From Macrostomum lignano (taxonomy: Eukaryota): a DNA stretch of 64,000 bases. The DNA lies in the NCBI GenBank assembly GCA_002269645.1, contig NIVC01002976.1:1-64000 (forward strand), given 5' to 3'. Position 1 is the first letter of the stretch; each line of letters begins with the position of its first letter. A program made the translations under genes and the position numbers. The notes beneath the pieces were generated by a model. It saw only the letters and a list, made by a program, of their open reading frames with translations, made no database searches and was not told the DNA's origin. Below are positions 14,541 through 26,500 of the stretch, piece by piece.

Positions 14541-14924
14541 CAGTGGCGTAGCCATGGGGGGCCACAGCCCCCCCCCCCCCCAATTGCCGGAGGGGGGGGG
14601 GTTGGGTGTGACAAGTACCAAAAACCATGAGGCAATTGAGTGCCTGCAGTGCTAAAATGAGTGCCTGTGGTACTGAAATGAGTGCCTAGGCCTATGACAC
14701 TAAAATGAGTGCCTGTGGCACCAAAATGAGTGCCTGCGGCACTAAAATGAGTACCTATAGATGCTAAAATGAGTGCCTACGATGCCAAAATGAGTGCTTG
14801 CGGCGCTAAAATGAGTGCTTGCAGTGTTTAACTAAGTGCTTGCAGTGCCAAAAGTGGCAATGGCATAAGGCATAGCCAGCCAAGCCAACCCCCTCTCAAA
14901 TTGAAATTCCTAACTATGCCATTG
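14541..14924. mobile_element. Non-autonomous hAT element with internal ~21-22-bp tandem repeat
   Basis: 8-bp TSD CCTATAGA (14533-14540, 14925-14932); termini CAGTGGCGTAG / CTATGCCATTG; internal AAAATGAGTGCCTG units. Confidence 0.85.
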
Positions 14925-16299
14925 CCTATAGAAATTTTAAAGAAAAGATTTTAAAGCTTGAATTTAAGAATTAGAAATATAGTTATCTAATTTTATTAAA
15001 TGGTCGTCAAAAACTAGATGCAAACAATACTATACCTAATTCTCTTCTTTTTCCTTTTTTTAATATAGGTCTATCCTTTTCTTATTATTAGGCATATTTT
15101 AAGCCTTTATGTTTCTAAATAGGCCTAGTACTCACTTTTGTAAAAACTTTGTAATTCCTAAGACCTAGGCCTATTTATAAAAATTCTCTTCTAAGGCCTA
15201 GTCTATAGTCAATTTTTAAGCTAGATCTTTAACCCCTTGATATTATAGTTCTATTTCTATTATAAGTGTAACTAAACATTCTATATATTTTGTTCATATT
15301 TATAGCCATATCTAATTTTCCTTTAGCCTTTTCATATCTATATCACTATAGTCTAAACAAGTGCAAATCCAAAAAAAATTGTAATAGGGGAGCACAGATT
15401 ACTAAAGGTACTAATGATAATGTGTATTTTCCATATAAAAATCAAACTCAACAGGAAGCATATACCCTTATGTGCCCCCCTCTCCCTAATTCTGTTACTG
15501 AGTCTGGATCATGCTGGGTGCATACCTAAACAAAAATCTAATATTTACAAATGCATACCAAAAAAATGAATATATGCTCAAACTCTTAAATCTAGGCCTA
15601 TGTTGCAAGAATAAATGACCTTTTTGCATTGCAACAATGAATGACCTTTTTACATTGCATAAAAGACCTTTTTGGCTGATAATTTGGTTGATTATTTTTC
15701 TTTTTTGTCTAGACTATTTATAGCAATAATTTAATGTGTACAAAAATTTGTTTAAATGCCTTATTATTGAGCTTAAAAGCTAGAGAGCTTGAAATTTATG
15801 CTTAAATATGAAAAGTTTAACTTTTTTTCTACATGATTCTATGAAATGCACACCAGGTATGTATGCACAACTTTAGGCATGCAAGGCCAATACAGGCCCA
15901 AATTTTGGTGTATACTACATGATCTGGAGTGTGGCTATATTATATCTATATCTTGTATATATAACAAAAAATTTTCTTTAATGTTTAATGCTATTAAATT
16001 CAATAGCTATAGTTTTTCTAGTATTCACTATAATATAGTGATAAAGTAAAAAAATGATATCAATAGTTCAACATATCACTTATTACTAGGTCTTATTTAT
16101 TTGAGATAGGCCTTATTTAGCATCGCTCATTTTCTTAGAAAGTATTGTATTTGAAACTAAGCTATTTTAGTTTTAATGAATATAATATCAGTAATATTAT
16201 AAATATTATAAATATTATGAAATTTTATTTGTTTAAAACGAAACTGAGAATGGGGTATAAATACACAAGCAGAATCAGAAGGAAACCAACTTGTCCGCC

Positions 16300-17510
16300 A
16301 CTTGCTTCAAGCTTGAAATTGTTCTAGTATCTCGAAATTGAAGCCTTGTTCAATACTTATTAACTTAGTTATTTAGGTAGAAGCATTAAGAAGCCAAAAT
16401 TGGGAGAGTTCAAACCATTCTCAGAAAAATGAGAAATCTAGATCTAGAAATCTGAGAAGTCACCTTTAGAAAGGCAGAGATCCTACCACAGGGTAGAGAA
16501 GTCCAGACTCAGAGTCTGAGATACCCATCTCAGGGTAGAATAACTAGCAAATAAGCTGTGACCCTCTGATCCCGGGAACGCCCAAGACTGAGAGAATGAT
16601 ATCTTTAGAGGACTATAGGAATAGGATAGTCAGTGCCATTAGACCACTCAGGCTAAAAAGTACAGATGCTACCAATAGAAGTATACACACTACCAATAGA
16701 AGTACATGCACTACCAGTAAAAAGGCAAGTAATAACCAGTAAGATCAGTAAGAAGAAATAACCCCTGTTACAACTTTGGTGGCTAACCAGTAGGATTATT
16801 TATAAGGACAGAACAGAAGCAAGCCCTACGTCAACTTTTGGTCTCAGTGGTAGGATTTTGTATTGTACAGGAACACTGCTAGTACATATTCATTATATAA
16901 AAAATATTGTACAAAGAATTTATCTTCAAATATTTAGCCTTTACCACCTAACATGCTCATGGTATTGAAAATCCATTGTTTGAGTCCCCAACCTTAGGGA
17001 CTTAAGAGCTCTGAAAAAAGCTCATACAAATATCTCATAAAAGATAGCTATAGGAACTAGAACTAGATTTATTTGGGAATAATGAATGTGGAGTTAATAG
17101 GATTCAAGAGGCTATGGAAAATCTCTATCCTGAAGTCCCCTCATGACAACTACTCATTGTCTTTTTTACCTTTTTTGTTGTTAGGGACAGGGAGATCAAT
17201 TTTTGTGATTTACTTTGGCTACTCATAGTGGTCTCTTTACCCAGCTAGATTTTTTAGCATGATTTGTTGCTCCACTTTTTGGCTCTTGGCCCACAAGTTG
17301 ACAAGAAAATAAATGCACTAGAGTTCTGCCATAGCAAGGAATATGGCTATGGGAAGTTTATAGATATGGAGGTTTTTAGACAAAGCATATGAATATGGTT
17401 ATGGGAATACATATTTCCCATATCTAGTTCCTGTATCTAGTAATACCATTCATCTGAGTCTTGAAAGACCATTGGAGCTGTTGATTTGATGGGAGTTATG
17501 ATATTAATAG
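16300..17510 (+). mobile_element. Heavily decayed TE coding relic, possibly Gypsy pol/integrase
   Basis: Stop-ridden peptides ALEFCHS.. and KTIGAVDLMG resemble the integrase N-terminus and core start; weak match only. Confidence 0.25.
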
Positions 17511-17592
17511 TACTAGTAACAGTTGAAGCAGAGCATCAGTTAGAGTTAGCCTAAATTCAACTAATTAGATTTCAGTGCATGCTGCTGCATCG

Positions 17593-20500
17593 ATGATTGC
17601 ACAGCGCCTATCTATACTAAGCTGCCAAATTTGCCGCAGCTGGCTTCGCAGTCTGAGCAGCAATGCCGGCAGTTTAGCAACTTCACTGCGCAGTCACGCC
17701 TGCGGCCAGCTCAGCTCGAGCCTCGCTGGCCAACCCGCCACTTTGTGCGGCTGGCTTGCCCGCCTGCGGAATCGGGGACAGTTCGCCCTGCTGCGGGATC
17801 GCTATGGGACTGTTCAGGTATTTGTCTGCTGTACAATGTTCATTGGTTCCTTGTCCGAATCTTCCCAATTCCGAAATCATAGTCGAATCTTCCCTATTCC
17901 AAAATATTTGTGTCAAAATCTCCCCGATTCCAAAATCATTGTGTCCGAATCTTCCTTATTCCGAAATATTTGTGTATAAAGCTCCCTGATTCCGAAATCA
18001 TTGTGACCGAATCTTCCCATTTCCAAAATATTTGTGTCAAAATCTCCCCGATTCCGAAATCATTGTGTCCGAATCTTCCCAATTCCGAAATCATAGTGTC
18101 CGAATCTTCCCGATTCCAAAATATTTAAGCCCGAATCTCCTCGATTCTGAAATCATTGTATCCGAATCTTCCTGATTCCAAAATCTTTCCAAATTTGATA
18201 TTATTTGTCCCAAATCTTCCTGATCCCGAAATCTTTGTGTCCGAATCTTCCCATTTCTAAAATCTGCGTCTAAATCTTCCCATTTCTAAAATCTGTGTCC
18301 GAATCTTCCCGATTCCGAACTTACTGGTCCCAAACCGTTCCATCCCCGCAGGTTGTGCCGGCCAACCCGGCAGCTCGGGCGGCTCTCCGCTCAGCGCCGC
18401 TGGAATCAACCCTGCAAGTGTCCGGTTTGGTGCAGCTCCGTCCCGAGCGGGATCGAAATCCCAGCATGCCAACTGGAGAAATCGAACTCGTGGCCGACAC
18501 CGTGACGGTCATGGGTCCCGTGGCGAATGAGGCAGTGCCGCTGCTGCCACAGAACGCTGACAGAGGCATGCCGGAGACCCGGTTGAAATACAGGCTAGTG
18601 CATGCGTGTTGGGACTTCGGGGCTGGGACTTCAGCTGATCAACCCCAGGTTCATCGCGTTTGGGTCATCAGTACCGGCTTCCGTGGTACTAGGTCATGAA
18701 TCGTGAATTCAGTAGGTTATTACCAATCTTAGTTTCAATGAGTCATCGGTCCCGGTTTCAGTGGGTCATCAGTCACAGTCTCGGTGGGTCATCAGGGACA
18801 GTTTCGGTGAGTCATCAGTCACAGTCTCAGTGGGTCATCAGTGACAGTTTCGGTGAGTCATCAGTCACAGTCTCAGTGGGTCATCAGTGACAGTTTCGGT
18901 GAGTCATCAGTCACAGTCTCAGTGGGTCATCAGTGACAGTTTCGGTGAGTCATCAGCCAGTTTGTCATTCATCAGTGCTAACCTTGCATCTACTAATCAA
19001 CCCTCTATCGCAGGCACCTGGCCCTTCGCTCTGACTCGATGCAGTGCCGTCTGGAGCTTCGATCGTCTCTGCTGCACAGCCTGCGCCGGTTCCTGGTTGA
19101 GCAGCATCGCTTTGTCGAGCTGGAGACGCCGACGCTGTTCCGAGCCACGCCCGGTGGCGCCAGGGAGTTCGTGGTCCCGGCACGATTGCACAGGGGCAGA
19201 GGAGAGCGCTGCCAGGGCTACTCGCTTGTTCAGAGTCCTCAGCAGCTCAAACAGCTGCTCATGATGGCCGGATTTGATCGCTATTTTCAGCTGGCCAGGT
19301 GTTACAGGGACGAGAGTGGACGGCCTGACAGGTGATGCACAATGAGTTGTTAATTCAGCTTTTTTAAATATTGATTTTTAAATAGGCTCTAAAAACTATA
19401 ATCTTATCTAGACAAATCATTTGGCGTTAAAGGTCCCTAATATCGCTTCTAATCCACTTTAAGAACAGCCGCTAATCCAGCCTAAGAATGGACTTTAATT
19501 CAATCTAATGGCCTCTAATCTTAGCCTGGAGAATGCAGCCTGCAAACCAAATCGCCCTGCTGCTAAACTGCTGAGCTGCTAATTGAGGCTTGACTTATCT
19601 GCAGGGTGGTCTGCGGACACAAGCGGGGAGGCGAGGGTCGCCCATTCCGCTAGCCCCTGAAGGCCCGCAGACAGGCAAGGGCGCAGGGCCGGTCAGTGTG
19701 GTCTGCCAGTCCGTCCTGCAGCATGATCTTCCGTGGTGAACAGAATGGCTCGTCTTGTTGCCCGGAGATGCTTTCGGGCTGGCTGGCAGACCTCGTCGAT
19801 AGACGGGGTGGGTCCGAGGTAGCGTAGCCGGTCTCTGGTAAAGAAAGGGCAGTGACAGACAAAGTGCTGAGCATCTTTATTCGCAAAAAGGGCAAAGTTC
19901 ACTCTTGGGGTCGCCTTGGAGGAAGCAGTGCCTGGCGAGGTAGTAATGACCGGTAAGTGTCATTGACAGCGGCGCGGATATCCTTTTGATTTTGGTTGAC
20001 AAGGATGTTCCTGAGCCTGCGAGAGAGACACGATTTCTGGGTGCCAGCCCATCTGTCCCTGTGAAGAGATCTAGCTCAGCCGTCAATCTGACGATTGATG
20101 ACCGTGGAAAGGATAGGGACCAAGAGGCTCAGGGCCCAGGAAGGAGCCAGAGCCGCCCCTCTTGTCGAGGGTGTCTGCCAACTCGTTCCCTGGAATTTAC
20201 TTCAGCCTGACAGTATTGCTACTGGACAGGAGTTTGAGCTGCCCGGCGCAGTCAGCAACTGTCGGGGAGTTCGTGGTGGTGTGGCAAAGGGCCTGCAAGG
20301 CTGCTGGGCTGTCAGAGTGGATGACGATAGTCTCTCCTTTCATACCTTTGGCATTAATTTCTGCAGCGCAGGAACTGATAGCAAAGACTTTGTTCTGGAA
20401 GACCGTGCAGAGTCTGCTAGTGTGCTGGGCATGCGTGGCAATGACGCGGCCTTTGATGATGATGATGCAGACCCCAAAGCCGGCGTAGCCGTCTGATGGA

Positions 20501-23500
20501 TCCGTCCGTGTAACAATGGACCTCCTGGAAATTCCAGTGGTCAGTGGCAGCATCCCTTGAGGGGATGGTGACCTTGTAGCGCTGAAAGAAGTTGAGAGTG
20601 CGGGGTTCACTGTCAGATAAGACGTGGAGCCCGCCGCTTTCTCTCAAGTCTTTAAGGCAGAGGTCGGCGTGAGGCAGGAGCTTGTGCTTAGCCATGACCC
20701 TATGGGGCAGGAAACGAATGCCGGCGTCAATCAGACGGCGGGCAGTCTTAGCAGCTTCCCTGCAGACAAATATGTCCAGAGGGGGAATGTTGAGGAGGGC
20801 GTTGAGGCCATTGTAAGGAGCAGACGGGGGGCGCTCATGATCATGCGGCATGCGCGCCCTTGCGCTCTCCAGAAAGTCTCTAGGCAGGTTTCATCTGCAG
20901 GGCGCTAGCCCAAATCAGGCCGCCGTACGAGATAGCAGGTCTAACCATTGCAGTGTAGATCCCCCAGAGGCGCTTGGGGGTGAGCCCCCAGGTGGTATCG
21001 ACGGCCCTGCGCAGCTTCACGAGAATTGCGAGGGCCCTCTTGGCTGCATTCCTAGCGTGGGGTGACCAGTTCAGCCTTTGGTCCAGGGTAATCCCAGCCT
21101 GCTTTCTTTCCGTAAAGCGTAAGCGGCCGAATCTGCGAAATAGTCCTGCCGGTGAACATGATCGCTGCCATCTTTGTCTCAGAGAGCTTTAGACCGCAGC
21201 GATCGGCCCATTGCTCAGCGGCGTAGATGAAATTCTGAAGGAGGCCTGATAGCAAATTCATCGCATTCACTTGGCAACAAATCATTGATGGAGTGATGGT
21301 TTGTTGTAATTTTGTTAATTCTTAAAAAATGTGATTAATTTATTATGATAAAAAATGTCACAAGTTCAGCCAAGTACAGCTCATAAGAAGGGGTGGAAAT
21401 TGAATGTCTCCAACCTAATTTGAAACTTTTCCGCAGGGCAGCGTCTGCAAAATTTCACTGTACTTGTTTGAAAATAAAATAATAAGAAAAGGGATTCACT
21501 AAACTTTGCTAAAAGAAAATGAACAATGAGAAAAAGACAGTATTGTCACGAGTAGCATAACGTTTAAAGTTAATCCTCGCGCTGATTGCCGTGGAGTGCT
21601 GCTGACCTAAATATTACAGAAAATATTTGGAGAAAGCTGTTAACAAAAAGTAAATAAAACAACAGGACTGAAATTTTTTTGTTCCTGAAGCTTCTCTAGC
21701 CATATTAGGAGAGCGTGTTGACAGAAAAGTCTGCATAACTGGACTGACTGGTTCTAATATTTCCAGAAAAGAGGTTTGCTATAATGATTTAAATAAGGCA
21801 ATCATCGTATATGTCTTTAGATAAAAACAAGATTTTCTAACGTAATAGTCTCGAATGCTGTTATGCCAATAGAGAAAAACTTATCAATTGCAGTAGGCAA
21901 AACAGGTGGACCTGGCATGCTGAAAGTGTTCTGCTGGATGTTCTGCTTTTTGATGGTGCTCCAGTCAGCAGTTGAAGTTTTGTAGGGTTACTATCTACAA
22001 AAATATCAGCTAGTTGGCTAGAACTAGGTGCGCTTAGGACATGGCCCTTCAGTATCTTCAGCTTCAGTAGTCAAATTATCAAAGCCTTGAAAAGCCTTTT
22101 GTCGGCAGTGGCGAGCAGTCTTCCTCTGGCGACTAGTACCCAGGCGTGCCACTTCGCGTCCAGTCCGCTTAGGCCAGTAACATCGTGTTCTTCCAACCAT
22201 CCATGCTCCACTTACATACTCCACAGTCTCATCCTTGTGGAATTGCACTACTGGGAAGTTCATCTGAAGCAATGAAATTAAGAATGTAGAGAAATGAAAG
22301 CGATACTGCTCATGTGTGGCAATCCAACACATTTAGCTTTGAAAATATGGACAAATGAAAGTAGAAAATCTGAGATCTGAGTGACAGTTCTACTTGGAAG
22401 TTTGTTTGGAAGATCTCCTTGCATCCGCTAAAAAAGCAAACAGCGCATTACACCTAGACATACTAGTTGCATATAGTCATATGAAAATATTTATCATGTC
22501 AATTTTGAGTTCCAATTGAGGATATGCTTGATTATGATGAGCCTCATCTTCCATGTCCAGAATTGATTTGTCTGTTCGAAGTGTACGAGCACTAGTCATT
22601 TCATCAACCACAACATGACCTACATGTGTTCCAGAAGCAGTGCAGTTATCACATGATGAATACCCTCTGTGCCGCTTTACACCTTTGATAAAAGCTTTAG
22701 CTGTTGAATCACAAATGAACATAAAGCTAACATCTTCAATTTCTTTCGAGTCACAAATAGGCTGAGTTAAAATGCCTTAAGTATGGGTCTACCAGGTCCA
22801 AAGTAGAAACTTCAATTACAAATGGTGCATCAGAATCAACTGCACCAAGGATAGACCAAAGTTCATGCTTTGAGCTTTAAAAATAGGGAGTCCATCAATG
22901 TTAATTTGCACTTGTAGCTTTGAGAGCATTGAACCAATATTAGTAATGTTATTATTATTTATTGACTCGCGGTGTGCTCAAAAGTGCCCTGGCTGACTTT
23001 GGGCAGGTTTGGAATATGTGATATTTTAAATCTGATTGCCCATTCTTTAATTGTCTCATTAAAACAAACACTTCTTAATGAGATATCTTCAACTTCATCT
23101 TGTTTACTTCACTCTGGGTAATAATAGTCGGCTGATAAACAATAGGTCTGGCGGGTGGTCGCGGCGAGTAGGGTGGCCGAGATCAGTAGCGTCGGTGACG
23201 GCGTTGAGGCTGGACCGGGGCGGGCACCCGTCGGGGGCTTCTAGCGGTGTTCCAACAGGCGCGTTGGCAGCGTCCAGTAGCCATTGGCCGACTCTCCTCA
23301 TCATACTGAGCGGCGTTCAGCTCCCGAGTTTCTTCGTCAAGACTGCACCAGGCTTCGTGGGCGCGGGAGAGCAGGCGCGGTCTCGTGGTGGTCTCAAGGA
23401 GTTGCCTCGCCAGGTCGGACTCAGGGATGTGGGTAATGCGGAGGAACTTGTTGGCGGTTCGCTCCAGGGCCTGGATGTAGAGGGCCGGGAGTTCGGCTTC

Positions 23501-26500
23501 AGCGAGCAGGGCTCTCTGGTTGGTGATGCTAAGGCAACCGGTCATCACTCTGGCGCATTTGTGCTGCTTCGCTTCCAGCTTCTCCCGGACCGAAGGCGCC
23601 GCGTGTATGAAGTAGATGGCCGCCCCATAGTCTAAAACCGAGCGGATGTACGCGGTGTAGGCCGCTCGGAGAGTTTTCAGGTTGGCGCCATATGATTTAC
23701 CAGCAATATTGATGCGACAGTTATGGCGGTTTGCCATTTTGGACATGACGTAGTCGACGTGTGGGGCGAAGGTTAATTGGTCTATGAGTTTGAGTCCGTG
23801 AAAGGTGGGTGCCGGCTCACCGGCAAGCGGAGGTTCAGCGTGAAGGTTGGGAAGCTGCATTTGCTTGTGCTGAGTTCACAAGTCCAGGCGACTATGGTGT
23901 CTATCGCCGGTTGTAGCGAGGCGGCACAGTCGTGCAGGCTGCGGCCAGTCGCAAGCAGCGCTGAGTCATCGGCGAACAATGACCGGTGGACCGATGTGTC
24001 CAGGTTCTGGTTGATTTCGTTGACATAGATCAGCCAGAGGAGTGGGGCGATCACGGAGCCCTGTGGCAGGCCATCAGTGAAGACCCTCCAGTTGGACACC
24101 GCGTCGTCCCATCTCACTCTCGCTCTCCGCTCAGTCAGAAGGCTCTTGATGAAGTTAATGACGTGGGCCGGGATCTCCATCCTGGCCAAGTTGGCATAGA
24201 GCGCCGGGCGCCAGACTTTGCCGTAGCCTTGGCGAAAGCTGCGCCTGCTTGCGCTGGTCCTCTAGAATATGGACCGCTTCGCAATACCCTGTGAACTGCT
24301 GCATTTAAAGGCCAAAGTCCTGCGTGGACACATACTTATTTGGCCTTGGCACCCGGTGTGCCGCATTAAGCTCATTTTGCAGACGCACCGAGTCAATTAG
24401 TAGATCATCTAAATTAGCCATGACTAAAGAGGCAAACACGACAGCTCCGAGACAGCCGGAACAAACAAGATACAGAGGCTCAAAACTAAACTGCCTGCCG
24501 AGACAACCCACACTCAAACGCACGCGCTAGGACAGCAGGGGAGAGAACCGAAATCCTGATCACGGCAGCACTTTGTTGTGTCTTGGCCTATGGCCAACGG
24601 AATGGTGAGCGGGTCCACCCGCCGGACACCCAGGTCCCAGCCCCAACCCTAGTTAAGCCTACGCGCCCTGACTGACCCGGCGAGAGTTCGCCGATCGCAG
24701 GTCCCGCACTCAATCCCACCGGCCACTCGCGGCAAACCCAGGAGAAAGAAGCATGAGCTTACCTCTGCTTTCAATTCTAGCATCCGCGACCGAGCGGATA
24801 GTGTCTATTTGAACAGCGAACGCAAACTGTGGAGACGACAAAACGGACGCAATTGGCCGAGAGCGGCAACTAAAAACAACAGTGGAGCGCAGAACGAACA
24901 GTGGAAGGAGAGGGCCGAGCAAAAACCTGGGACCTCTGGCAGTTTATCAGCTCGCCAGCCAATGCGAGCGGCCCAGAGTGGGGTGGGGCAAAGAGGGAGA
25001 GGTGTAGCAAGCGCACAGATTGGACAGGGACTGACAGAGGTTTACGCCTCTCACAAACCCTGGCACAGGCGCGAGACAGGGTGGGGTAGCACGAAAACAC
25101 AAACACAAGGGACAACAGAAGGGCAGGGTAGACTGGAAGGGTGCAACACAGCACAATTATAATTCGGATTTTTATAATCATAAATATTCTCTGATCGACA
25201 CCTACTACACACGGTATATGGCATAATCTATAGTGCTGAGTTTCTAGTGCATTACAGTGCAAGTACATTTGAAAGTGGATTAATGAAACATTTAGTTTTG
25301 ATCTTAACGCAACTTCTAGTATTTTAAAGCGAGTTTTTTACTTTAAGTACTTTATTTATAGTAAATGAATTCATAGGAGGCTCAATCTTTTCAGGATCCT
25401 TCGGCCCATTGCCGCACCTCCTTCAATGTATTCATAAAATTGCAAGCCATGTCTTGTCAGTGTGCGTTTTCTTTTCCAAAACGCACAACCGTTCCGACAG
25501 CCAGCATCTCCTTGTCGTATATAATTTTTTTCGTTTGGTTTATTGTATAATTAGTTTGCATCGCTACATACAGTTAATAGCTAAATTGAAAACGAGTTAT
25601 TGTGTTAAAGCAATAGAAAGTTACAAAAAGAAACTGAAAATATAACTAAAAAGCAGTTTGAAATTTGCTCATACAAAACAAGATAACGGTGGCACGAATT
25701 GGTTTTAAAGCAACTCTGATATTATTGCACCTTCAGCAGAACTGCTTACATTATAACGAACACAGTAGCCTCGTTTACTGATGCCGCGAGCTGTACACCA
25801 TAATTCACCTGAGCAAACTCCGAGCATACTCAGGATGAGTTGCATCCACATTGAACCGTTGACTCCACGTGTCGCTGAAGTCGCTATGTGCCGACTCTAT
25901 CGCCTGCTCAGACCAAAACCCAACTCAATCCTCGGCCAGACTAGACTGCCATCGCCTCCAAAAACTGCGGCTCTTGGTCAATGAGGGCGTCGGCTTTTGG
26001 ATTAATGTTGATGGTCAGAACGTGGTATGCCGCATCGTAGCCTTCAAGCAGTTGCTGGCCGAAGCCATTCTGCTGGATAGCTCGCAAACAGCTGAATGCA
26101 TGGGCGACAGGCACTCCGCTGAAGGCAGCATGGTCAGCAAGGATCTCCACCAAGCAGTCGGTCACACTCATTGCCGTTGAACTGGCTGCCATGATACGGT
26201 GAGCGCCGTATGTGGAGAGCCTCAGCCCACCGCGCAGCACGGACTCCGTCTTCCAGGTGCCGAGCCCTCGTTCGGGTTCAGGTTAGGGTTAGGGTTAGGT
26301 AAGGATCAGTTTTCCGAACCGAAAGCAGGCGCCAGAGGTCTAATAAAAAATAACTAAGATGGAGAAAATTTCAAGGATTCAGGGTGCTCAACGCGTTTCG
26401 GTTTAAACAACCTTCTTCAGGAGCAAAAATGTAAAGAAGAATTAGATTGGAACAGTTTCTTTTAAAGACTGTGATGAGTGACAACAAATGGAGAGGCGCA

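Noticed and set aside
18755-18957. Minus strand of the 23-bp array reads CTGATGA-ctcacc-GAAA-ct-GTC, like a hammerhead core or C/D boxes
   Set aside because: Stem II cannot pair, stem III has a 1-nt loop and stem I has no complement; treated as coincidental.
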